Positions 36,175 through 45,065 of a stretch of DNA of 64,000 nucleotides are shown piece by piece. The number at the start of each line of letters is the position of its first letter. The first letter of the stretch is position 1. The notes under the pieces were generated by a model. That model was not told where the DNA came from. It did no database searches and worked only from the letters and a program-made list of their open reading frames with translations. The stretch spans positions 7,456,001 to 7,520,000 of the forward strand of contig OZ244207.1 in the NCBI GenBank assembly GCA_965216875.1. Reading direction: 5' to 3'. The DNA is from Rubripirellula sp. GTDB lineage: Bacteria > Planctomycetota > Planctomycetia > Pirellulales > Pirellulaceae. The position numbers and the translations under genes are program-made.

Positions 36175-38637
36175 TCAATCAAGGAACAGGAATTCGTTCC
36201 AGTTCATAACGGTCATGCAGTAGAGTTGGGTCGCGCGGTCACGGGGCACTTGGTGTGTGGTTTCCAGTTGCTTGATCAACTTGCTGCCTTCGGCAACTTC
36301 CGCGTCGGTCGCTTCTCGTGAAAGGACGGCTCGAACGGTGCGGCGGACCACTTGTTCATTCTCGAGTTCGTTGGCGCCCATTGATTCGGCCAAACGCTTG
36401 GCTTGTTGGTGAATGAAGTCACCATTCAACATCGCGAGTGCTTGGCCTGGTTGCAGCGTTGCAAACCGTTCTTCGCACGTCAGGTCGGGGTCTGGGAAAT
36501 CGAAGGCGGAAAGCAAAGGTGTCAGCAGCGAACGTTTGACGTGGATATAGACACTTCTGCGATTGCGATCTTGTTCGGAAGAGTTACCCCACCCGGCACC
36601 GGGACGGGATTGGCCGGCCAAAACTTCACGCGACAACTGTGGGTAGAAACTTGGACCGTAGACCTTTCGGTTGAGCGTTCCGTTGACGGCCAAAACCGAA
36701 TCGCGAACCTCCTCGGCGCTGAGCCGACGGGGGTTGAATCGCCAAAACAAATCGTTTCCAGGATCGATTGCTTGTCCGTCTTCGCGGTTTGCCGACGACA
36801 TTTGGTAGGCGTTGCTGGTCATGATCAACTTGTGCAATCCTTTCAGACGCCAGCCGTTGTCGATCAAGCGATGGCCGAGCCAATCGAGCAATTCGGGATG
36901 CGTCGGCGGCGTGCCTCCGAATCCAAAGTTGTTGCTGCTGCGGACGATCCCTCGCCCAAAGTGGAATTGCCAGACACGGTTGGCCATCACACGAGCGGTT
37001 AGCAAGTTGTCGTCGCTGGCAACCCACTCGGCCAAGACACGGCGGCGGCCGGAGGACTTGGCGTCATCATCGCGATCGGGAATATCGGGAGTTTGACCGC
37101 CGAAGATCTCAGGGAACTTTGGTTGAACTTCGTCACGTGGCGAATGCGGGTTGCCTCGGAAAAGCAACTTCGTGACCCGCGGTTGCGGTTCGCATCGAGC
37201 GAGCCCCATGACCATCTCTCTGGCCGGCAAGCGTTTCGCTTCTTCAAGGATGCTCGCGAGTTGTTTCTTAAGATCCTGGTACTCGGTCCATTGAACCTTG
37301 CTGAGGTGGTCTTTGAGTTTTTCCTTGAGAACTCGGTTGCGATCCCGTTTGGGGCCTTCGGTAGCGCGCTGGTCGGGAGCATCCATTTTCTTGATGCCTT
37401 CCTGTTCCAGTTTTCGAATCAGCGTTTCGGTTTCGCGCTTGCGGTGATCGTTGTCCTGGTACTTCTGGTTCAATTCGTCGCTCGAAACGTCGATTTGATT
37501 GTTCGAGCGTTGATTCCCACGCGTGCCCCACGGCGTCACATCTGCCATGAAAGCCAGCAGACTGTAGTAGTCCTTCTGTGGGATCGGATCGATCTTATGG
37601 TCGTGACAGCGTGAGCAATTGATGGTCAGACCAAGGAAGGCCTGCCCCGTCGTCATGACGATATCGTCCATGTTGTCGTAAAGTGACAACAAAGGATCGG
37701 CCGGTTCGTCGTCCCAGATGCCAAGGCGGTAGTAACCCGTTGCGGTCAATGTCTCGATCGTGACATCGTCAAGTTCGTCGCCGGCAAGCTGTTCTTTGAT
37801 GAAGGTGGAGTACGGTTTGTCTTCATTGAATGACTTGATCACATAGTCGCGATACTTGAACGCGTTCGGTTTTGGGCCGTCTCGCTCATAGGAATTGGTT
37901 TCGGCATAGCGAACAAGGTCCAGCCAGTGTCGCCCCCAGCGTTCACCGTAGTGATCTGATTCGAGCAGCTCGTCGATGAGCTTCTCGTAGGCATCCGGGT
38001 CGGTGTCGTTGACAAAGTCGTGCACCTGCTGGGCCGTCGGTGGCAACCCTGTCAAATCGTAATAGGCTCGTCGAATGAGCGTTGTTTTGTCGGCGCGGCT
38101 ATTGGGTTTCAGGCCAGCGGTCGACATGTCGGCATAAACAAACGCGTCGATCGGGTGCTTGCTCCAAGCGTCGTTGTCGACTGGCGGTGGTTCACGGTCG
38201 AGCATCGGTTCAAACGCCCAGTGCTTGCTCCAATTGGCGCCTTGGGTGATCCATTGGGTAAGGACTGCGATCTCTTTTTCCGACAACGGGTCACCCTCGG
38301 GCGGCATCCTTTCGAATTCGTCTTCGGACCGAATCCGCGCGATCATCGCACTCGCCTCGGGCTTGCCGGGAACGATGGCGGGATCACCCGAGTCGGTTTC
38401 AGCGAGGGCGTTTTCGCGACTGGTGAAACGCAGACTTCCTTCGGCATCGTCGGGGCCGTGACAGGCAAAGCAACGCTTGGCCAAGATCGGCTGGACCTGT
38501 TTGATGAAGTCGATCTCAGCGCCGGTCGGATCGGCTCCGGCAACTGGAGTGACCGCGACGGAAGTGATAAGGGATGACATCAACGCGATGGTGAGAGCCG
38601 TGCGTCGATACAGCGTGGGTAGAAAGATTGGTTTCAT
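36175..38637 (-). CDS. Planctomycete cytochrome c / DUF1549 / DUF1553 (PSD1) protein
   Basis: CFACH and CSRCH haem motifs, HWAF, YGERWGRHWLD, TARVMANRVWQFHFGRG, PTHPELLDWL; start probably ATG 38637. Confidence 0.93.
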   Translation of the reverse strand: MKPIFLPTLYRRTALTIALMSSLITSVAVTPVAGADPTGAEIDFIKQVQPILAKRCFACHGPDDAEGSLRFTSRENALAETDSGDPAIVPGKPEASAMIARIRSEDEFERMPPEGDPLSEKEIAVLTQWITQGANWSKHWAFEPMLDREPPPVDNDAWSKHPIDAFVYADMSTAGLKPNSRADKTTLIRRAYYDLTGLPPTAQQVHDFVNDTDPDAYEKLIDELLESDHYGERWGRHWLDLVRYAETNSYERDGPKPNAFKYRDYVIKSFNEDKPYSTFIKEQLAGDELDDVTIETLTATGYYRLGIWDDEPADPLLSLYDNMDDIVMTTGQAFLGLTINCSRCHDHKIDPIPQKDYYSLLAFMADVTPWGTRGNQRSNNQIDVSSDELNQKYQDNDHRKRETETLIRKLEQEGIKKMDAPDQRATEGPKRDRNRVLKEKLKDHLSKVQWTEYQDLKKQLASILEEAKRLPAREMVMGLARCEPQPRVTKLLFRGNPHSPRDEVQPKFPEIFGGQTPDIPDRDDDAKSSGRRRVLAEWVASDDNLLTARVMANRVWQFHFGRGIVRSSNNFGFGGTPPTHPELLDWLGHRLIDNGWRLKGLHKLIMTSNAYQMSSANREDGQAIDPGNDLFWRFNPRRLSAEEVRDSVLAVNGTLNRKVYGPSFYPQLSREVLAGQSRPGAGWGNSSEQDRNRRSVYIHVKRSLLTPLLSAFDFPDPDLTCEERFATLQPGQALAMLNGDFIHQQAKRLAESMGANELENEQVVRRTVRAVLSREATDAEVAEGSKLIKQLETTHQVPRDRATQLYCMTVMNWNEFLFLD

Positions 38638-38968
38638 CGCGAAGCTTGGTGGGGCTCTTCGGGACAGGTGCAGTGCCGATGATGGCTTCGTTGGCGGGTG
38701 TTGCGGCAAGGGTAAGCTGTTGCAGCAATCGGATGCGAGGCAGTCCCAAGGGGTGAATCGCGATCCGCTCGATCACCACCATTGTGACACGCAGCGAAGG
38801 CGTCGCCAATGAGAACAAGCGTTCTTTTACTGAGATATGTTCCACACGAATCATGCGCAATTGTTGATAAAGGTCGTGTTTTATCTCGTGTTTGATGTTA
38901 GTCTTGATGCTGGCGTTGAGAAATATTCTTCCAAGCCGGCTTCGTCTCTTTGGGGAGGATCATCAACA

Positions 38969-40159
38969 TTGTCGACCGCTGAAACCGACCTGCCCTTAAC
39001 CGTCAACGCCACGAAAAGGCCGCACGTTTTGTTGATGATCGAGACGACCACGTCATTCGGACGCGGTGTTCTCGAAGGCATCGGACGCTATCTCGTTGAA
39101 CACCCGCCCTGGTCGGTCCAGCTCGATCTGCGTGAATTGCAAACCACGGCCCCCGCGTGGCTCGATCGTTGGGAGGGTGATGGAATCATCACTCGGACGG
39201 CGACACCCGAAATGGTCGAGTTGATTGATCGACTTGGGATTCCCACAGTGAACCTGACCGACATTTACGGTCGACAAGATTTGCCATCGATCTGGAATGA
39301 CCATGATGCGATCGGTCGTGCCGCCGCCATGCATTTTCTAGAACTCGGTTTGACCCAATTCGCCTACTGTGGGTTTAGCGACCATCACTGGTCCAAACTG
39401 CGTCACACCGGTTTCAAGGACAAACTGGCCGAGCATGGTTACGAGTGCGCCAGTCACGCGTCGGACTGGGCTTTGGCCAAGCACACCGGTTGGGAAGACC
39501 AGCAAGAGCAGATCGTGGGTTGGCTACACGATCTTCCGAAACCGATTGGTGTGATGGCGTGCAATGATTTTCGCGGACAACATGTGTTGGAAGCATGTCG
39601 AACGGAAAAGATCGCTGTGCCAGAACAGGTTGCGGTGTTGGGCGTCGATAATGACCACGTGGTTTGCGACTTTTGTCAACCACCGCTGACAAGTGTCATT
39701 CCTGCTGCCGAACGCATTGGGTTTGAAGCGGCCGGAATGCTAAGCAGGTTGATGAACGGCGAAGAGATGCCAAGTGATCATGTCACTATCCAACCGCTCG
39801 GCATCGCGTCGCGACAGTCGACCGACTTGTTGGCGATTGACGACGGCAGTGTTGCCGCGGCACTCAAAATCATTCGCGACCGAGCTTGCCAAGGTCTGAC
39901 TGTTGATCAAGTGCTACGTGAGGTGCCCATCGCACGCAGTTCGCTCGAGCGTCGGTTTCGCAAATACGTCGGCCGTTCGCCTCAGGCCGAGATTCGCGAC
40001 GTCCAACTGAAGAAGGCTCGGCGTTTGCTGCGCGATACAGATTTGCCGCTCGCCCAAATCGCATCACTCACCGGCTTCAAGCATTCCGAGTACTTCAGCG
40101 TTGTCTTCAAACGCGAAGTCGGCACAACGCCGGGACGGTATCGGCTAGGCAGCCGTTGA
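38969..40159 (+). CDS. XylR-type transcriptional regulator (periplasmic-binding-protein-like domain plus AraC HTH)
   Basis: DGII, LPKPIGVMACND, VLGVDND, SLERRF, FSVVFKREVGTTPGRYR; TTG 38969 follows a GGAGGA RBS; divergent from the DUF1553/DUF1501 pair. Confidence 0.9.
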   Translation: MSTAETDLPLTVNATKRPHVLLMIETTTSFGRGVLEGIGRYLVEHPPWSVQLDLRELQTTAPAWLDRWEGDGIITRTATPEMVELIDRLGIPTVNLTDIYGRQDLPSIWNDHDAIGRAAAMHFLELGLTQFAYCGFSDHHWSKLRHTGFKDKLAEHGYECASHASDWALAKHTGWEDQQEQIVGWLHDLPKPIGVMACNDFRGQHVLEACRTEKIAVPEQVAVLGVDNDHVVCDFCQPPLTSVIPAAERIGFEAAGMLSRLMNGEEMPSDHVTIQPLGIASRQSTDLLAIDDGSVAAALKIIRDRACQGLTVDQVLREVPIARSSLERRFRKYVGRSPQAEIRDVQLKKARRLLRDTDLPLAQIASLTGFKHSEYFSVVFKREVGTTPGRYRLGSR

Positions 40160-40237
40160 GATTCCTGTTTGGAATTCCCACTCGATCAAAGGCGGTGTTG
40201 CCAGCGCTGACGGTTGCGGCGGGCACAGTCCGGATGG

Positions 40238-42259
40238 TTATGCCGACATCTTCACGCTGCCGCAGAGGCTTTGGTAGAAGCGATTGCGGCCAATCAGTTC
40301 GTGGTGTTTGCCAACGTCCGACACTTCGCCACTTTCAATCACAACGATTCGATCGGCCATAGCAAGGCTCGTGGGGCGATGAGTGATCATGATGCCGGTA
40401 CGCCCAACAAGGAACTTTTCGAGGGCTTGATGAATCAACTGTTCGCTCTCGAGGTCAATCTGACTGGTTGCTTCATCCAAGATCAAGATGTCAGGGTTCC
40501 TCAGGAAGGCTCTTGCCAAAGCGATGCGTTGCATTTGACCGCCAGAGAGTCGCATTCCGCCGGCACCCAAAACGGTTTTGTATCCGTCGGGTGTCTTGCG
40601 ACGAATGAACTCGTCCGCAAAGGCGAGTTTCGCCGCACGCACCACCGCGTGTGAGTCGGCACCGGGTGTGCCATAGCGAATGTTGTTTTCAATCGTGTCG
40701 TCAAACAAAACGGTTCGCTGGGTCACCAACGCGATTCGGCGGCGCAAGTCGCGAATCCGCAATTGATCAATCGCGGCGTCATCAAGGCTGATTTGACCGC
40801 CTTGCGGATCGTCAAATCGACAGAGCAGGCTCACGAGCGTGCTCTTGCCACAACCGTTGGGGCCGACAACCGCAATCGTTTCACCATGTTCGATCGACAG
40901 GTCAATCCCGCGCAAGACCATTGGCCCCGAGGGGTATTGATAGGTGAGGTCGCTAAATTGAATTCGCTTGTGTGGTCGTGGCGTGTCGATCGCAACTTCG
41001 GGGTCGCGAACGCGGACCGGTTGGTCGATCACTTCGTAAACGCGAGTCGTGGCGGCGATTCCGCGTTGCAGGCCGCTCCATACATCGGTCAGCTTCCGGG
41101 CGGGATCCGAGGCACCAATCAAGAAGCCAAAAAAGGCGAGGACCTGGCCAACTTCAAGCGGTTTGTCGCTCATGCGTAGTCCGAACAGGTGCGTCTGCTC
41201 GTTGACGATCAAGTAACCACCGGCAAGGATCGCCAAACCGACCGTGATCATGCCCAACATCTCGCTGCTGCTTCGAGCAAGCGTGTTGTAGAAGGACATC
41301 TTCATCGATTTACGGAAGTAAGCTTGAATACCGCGGTTGAATTTGGCGCGTTCGAAGGCTTGTGTGTTGAAGGCTTTGACGACTCGGATTCCAGCAAAGG
41401 AATCGGTCAACATGCCGTACAACTGGCTCATCTCTTCCATCGCTCTTCGACTGGCTCGTCGAATCGCACGGCTGAGGTGATGCATGACCAGCGCAACGAC
41501 CGGTGTGACCACGAGTACCAGCAACAACAGACGCGGGCAAACATAGAAGGCCAAACCCAAACAAACCGCCATCTTAAGCGGTTCGCGAATCAATCGCCCT
41601 AGCAGCACGGTTAGCCCGGCGGAGACGTTGGCGATGTCGTTGGTCAACCGCGCCGTCAATGCCGCGGAACCGTTTTCGCCAAACGAATCGAGATCAAGGT
41701 GCAGGGCTTTGCGGAAGAATATCGAACGCAGTTCAACTGACGTTCGCTCGGAGACATACTGCACCATCAGCATGTTGCACATCAGCGCGACAAGCTTGAT
41801 GGCTGTCCCGCCGACCAAGATCGCCACAATCAAAACCAAAGTCCCGAACGCACCCTCTGGCGCATACTCGTTGATGGTGGGCTGGGCCATTTTGAGGTAG
41901 TGGACCGACTCGGTGATCGCGGTCTTGGTCACTTCGGCCGATTCGATCTGCCGTTTCAGGCCGCGCTTGGTTGCCTCATCGGCGACCTTCATTTCGGCGG
42001 TCAGCCTGGCAACCTCATCATCGATGTTTGCCACTTTTTCAGCGGAATCAGCAATCCGTTTTTCGGTGTACGCCGGAATGCTGTCGCCCTTAAAGACCAC
42101 TTCGACAAGTGGATAGAGCGTTCCAATATTCGCCCCCCAAAGAAGGGCGATCGTCAGCGAGGTGAACAGGATTCCGCCGAGCGCCCAGCGGCGACGAGCG
42201 GCGATCCTGAGAATTCGCGAGAAACTAGTCATCAGTGTCGGGTCATCCTTGACGTACAC
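40238..42259 (-). CDS. ABC exporter, fused permease/ATPase (MsbA-like)
   Basis: TM domain plus GPNGCGKS Walker A, LSGGQ signature, ILILDEATS Walker B. Confidence 0.93.
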   Translation of the reverse strand: MYVKDDPTLMTSFSRILRIAARRRWALGGILFTSLTIALLWGANIGTLYPLVEVVFKGDSIPAYTEKRIADSAEKVANIDDEVARLTAEMKVADEATKRGLKRQIESAEVTKTAITESVHYLKMAQPTINEYAPEGAFGTLVLIVAILVGGTAIKLVALMCNMLMVQYVSERTSVELRSIFFRKALHLDLDSFGENGSAALTARLTNDIANVSAGLTVLLGRLIREPLKMAVCLGLAFYVCPRLLLLVLVVTPVVALVMHHLSRAIRRASRRAMEEMSQLYGMLTDSFAGIRVVKAFNTQAFERAKFNRGIQAYFRKSMKMSFYNTLARSSSEMLGMITVGLAILAGGYLIVNEQTHLFGLRMSDKPLEVGQVLAFFGFLIGASDPARKLTDVWSGLQRGIAATTRVYEVIDQPVRVRDPEVAIDTPRPHKRIQFSDLTYQYPSGPMVLRGIDLSIEHGETIAVVGPNGCGKSTLVSLLCRFDDPQGGQISLDDAAIDQLRIRDLRRRIALVTQRTVLFDDTIENNIRYGTPGADSHAVVRAAKLAFADEFIRRKTPDGYKTVLGAGGMRLSGGQMQRIALARAFLRNPDILILDEATSQIDLESEQLIHQALEKFLVGRTGIMITHRPTSLAMADRIVVIESGEVSDVGKHHELIGRNRFYQSLCGSVKMSA

Positions 42260-42857
42260 GTCGCCTCAAGCAACCGAGTTGTTGTCCCCTTTTTGCCGAG
42301 GAAACACGCGTTGGATTGAGGTGGTTGTCCGGTCATGTCAGGGTTTCCCCCGGTCAGGCCGGACGCTGAGTCAGCCGGTTGGCTGAAGGGTCATGCGTCT
42401 TTTAGCGGAATCGGCCCTGCGCAATCCAGCCGAATTATTGATAGCAACGCTTGGGTCAGGGAAACCCTGGCAACCATGAGGACGAATGCTAGCGATTATG
42501 CCGGCGATCGGGATTGAGCGTAGCGAAAGTGAAGCCGGGCTGGGATAGAACCCGGCCATGAGCGGCTGCGTCATTTTTGCGCCCTAGAGTTGTGCGTCGC
42601 AGGTCCCACGAACTGTTCCGGCTTGGATTCTCCAACCAACGGTCGCTGGGATTTCCCTACTTCACGGCCGCTTGGATTTGAAACCGGCGGTTGTTTGGGA
42701 TCGACAGACCACCATCGACCACGTCACGAACTTTCTTGACTCGGCAGCTAAGGGGCAGCCGCGCCAGAGAAGGAGCAGCGTCGTCACATTTCGTCGCGTT
42801 CCATCTGGACGCGTGATGAGGTGCGATGGGAGTGCAAATGCAACACGGGCAGAATTA

Positions 42858-43808
42858 ATGAGTCAATCGGGCAATCAATCCGACAGGCGGGCTACACGTA
42901 CGCTTCGGAAGGGGCTGGTGTTTTTTACCGTCACCTGTTTGGTCGCGACGGTGGGCTACGTCCTCGCTGGATGGAGCTGGATTGACGCCGCCTACATGGT
43001 GACGATCACCATCTTTGGCGTCGGCTACGGCGAAGTACAGCCAGTCGAAACGCTGCCGATGAAAGCCTTTACCATCGGTGTCATTTTCTCGGGTTGTTCT
43101 TCGCTGATTTACGTGATTGGCGGCATTGTCCAAATCTTGGCCGAAGGAGAAATCGAGCGAGTCATGGGTGTACGAACACGATCCAAAGAAATCGCATCGC
43201 TAACCGACCACACCATCATCTGTGGCTACGGTCGCATCGGCCGCTTGTTGGCCGCCGAAATGCGAGAAATGGGGGAACCTCTTGTCGTACTTGATCGGCA
43301 ACCGGAACGGGTTCAGCAGGCCATCGACGACGGCTATTTGGCGTTGGATGGCAACTGCGTTGAAGACGAGACGCTTCAACGGGCCGGCATCTTCCGCGCA
43401 CGTGTCTTGGCAAGTGTGCTTCCGGATGACGCGACCAATGTTTTCATCACGCTGACCGCGCGTGGCATGAGTGAAGCGATTCGCATCATCTCGCGTGCCG
43501 AATCTCCCTTCACCGAAAGCAAGCTGATTCGTAGTGGAGCCAACCACGTGGTGATGCCCGCGGCGATTGGCGCGGTGCGAGCAGCACAGCTGGCGACCGC
43601 GGACACCGATGACGAAGCGTTACCAGAAAACCGCTATCGAATGCTCCACACTTCGGCACACAAACACCGGTCGAATAACGAAGTTGACGCCGAACGGGAA
43701 GTGCTCGCCGACCTGGATCAACTCGCAGAAGCTGCATCCGATCTGTCGCGAAACGTTGCCGATCAAGATGCCAAGCAAATCATGATGCAAGAACAGGGCG
43801 TCGAATAA
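42858..43808 (+). CDS. 2-TM potassium channel family protein with TrkA-N (RCK) domain
   Basis: Pore segment ITIFGVGYGEV, HTIICGYGRIG Rossmann motif; start moved to ATG 42858. Confidence 0.88.
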   Translation: MSQSGNQSDRRATRTLRKGLVFFTVTCLVATVGYVLAGWSWIDAAYMVTITIFGVGYGEVQPVETLPMKAFTIGVIFSGCSSLIYVIGGIVQILAEGEIERVMGVRTRSKEIASLTDHTIICGYGRIGRLLAAEMREMGEPLVVLDRQPERVQQAIDDGYLALDGNCVEDETLQRAGIFRARVLASVLPDDATNVFITLTARGMSEAIRIISRAESPFTESKLIRSGANHVVMPAAIGAVRAAQLATADTDDEALPENRYRMLHTSAHKHRSNNEVDAEREVLADLDQLAEAASDLSRNVADQDAKQIMMQEQGVE

Positions 43809-43832
43809 GATCGAGCTCCAGAGGACAAAAAG

Positions 43833-43871
43833 AAACGGCCGAGGCAACTCAATGGTTGCCTCGGCCGTTTT
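43833..43871. terminator. Bidirectional intrinsic terminator between convergent genes
   Basis: AAACGGCCGAGGCAAC-tcaatg-GTTGCCTCGGCCGTTT, a perfect 16-bp stem with A-rich and T-rich flanks. Confidence 0.85.
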
Positions 43872-43895
43872 GCGTTATTGGCGTTTGCGGGTCGA

Positions 43896-44414
43896 TCAAT
43901 GACTGAGGTTCAACGTCACATCAACGACGATCTCGCCAGTGATCAGCGAGGGACGCGATGACGATTCAAGTGTTCCGCTGATCCCCGACGTGATGCCTGT
44001 ACCACCAGAGAGCTGGCCGGTACTAACGATGTCAATCTCAAGCGTGTTCAGGTCAATCCCCGTCACGCAGGATTGATTGTCGGTGATGAACGTGCCGAGC
44101 GGGCAGAGATCATGACCGATCGTGAACACACCGACGCCCGAGGCGGCGTTGAACCCGAGTGCTGCGGCAGCGGTTGGGTCACAGTTGGGATCAATGGCTG
44201 GATACGACAGGTCTTCGTAGCTACCAATCTTTTGCCCATCCAAGAATCCGCCGACGACGAACAAGTCGCCTTCGACGATGAAACGACCTTGAGCATCCGG
44301 AATAAGCGTTCCGACGATTTGCAAATTGATTTGCGGGTTCGCAGCTTCGGCATTGGTGCCAAAGCAAAGGCTAAAGACCGCGACAGTTGCCAACAGAAGA
44401 TTGCGAAATTTCAT
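43896..44414 (-). CDS. Secreted hypothetical protein, possibly dirigent/allene-oxide-cyclase-like barrel
   Basis: Signal peptide MKFRNLLLATVAVFSLCFGTNAEA from ATG 44414; C-terminal GQLSGGTGITSGISG. Confidence 0.6.
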   Translation of the reverse strand: MKFRNLLLATVAVFSLCFGTNAEAANPQINLQIVGTLIPDAQGRFIVEGDLFVVGGFLDGQKIGSYEDLSYPAIDPNCDPTAAAALGFNAASGVGVFTIGHDLCPLGTFITDNQSCVTGIDLNTLEIDIVSTGQLSGGTGITSGISGTLESSSRPSLITGEIVVDVTLNLSH

Positions 44415-44638
44415 GAGCACAGTCCTAGAAATCGTTACGAGTGGGTGAAGCGCAGGTGAACATCCATGCCGAAGCGAGCGCAGAAACAAATCACTAACGG
44501 CTGTTGGGGCAGGAGGGATGATAGTGGTCGTAACGATTGGATCAAGAAAAATGCGCTGCAATCAGCGCGCAAATTTCGGCAGAGGGCCAGCCAGACTCCC
44601 CCGCAGTGCGGTGCTCTGATGAGGGATGACAACGCGCG

Positions 44639-44666
44639 ATGAGCGGGAAGACGCTAGCCGCCGATC
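44639..44666. repeat. Intact TGAG-type palindromic repeat (REP-like)
   Basis: atgagcgggaagacgctagccgccgatc matches the reconstructed empty site of the insertion at 44746-44973. Confidence 0.6.
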
Positions 44667-44760
44667 CTGTAAGCTCGAGAAGAAGCCACGAATCAAACGA
44701 ATCCCACGAATCGGATCGTCGTTCGTGGGCGCCGCACGCGCGCCAATGAGCGGCAAGGCG

Positions 44761-44964
44761 CTAGTGCTACGGATTGCAATTGCGCTTGCACCAGCAGAAA
44801 TCCTTGCCGAAGTTCACACGACTGAGCCGCGATCGCGTAAGCGGCCGGGCCTTAATCGCCTTCACACTCGTTGTGTGGCAAGGGCCCGAGGCCTGACGGC
44901 CAGCGGCTCACGGGCACTACCCAACCTGCTCCGGTGGCACCGAGATTGCAATCCGCAGCATTAG
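44761..44964. mobile_element. About 200-bp non-autonomous MITE-like element with terminal inverted repeats and a TA/TAG target duplication
   Basis: ctagtgctacggattgcaat (44761-44780) and attgcaatccgcagcattag (44945-44964) are inverted repeats matching at 18/20; removing the element restores atgagcggcaaggcgctagccgccggtc. Confidence 0.7.
44823..44910. repeat. Inverted REP-like doublet nested inside the MITE
   Basis: tgagccgc...cgc-gtaa-gcg...gggc and the inverted gccc...ggcc-tgac-ggcc...gcggctca. Confidence 0.6.
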
Positions 44965-45065
44965 CCGCCGGTCTTGCAAACCAAAACGGAGGGATTGCCC
45001 GATCGCGTCGGGATAGGGAACGGGACTCGTGGCCTCGTCCACTACCAAGGGAGCGGCTTCAATAG

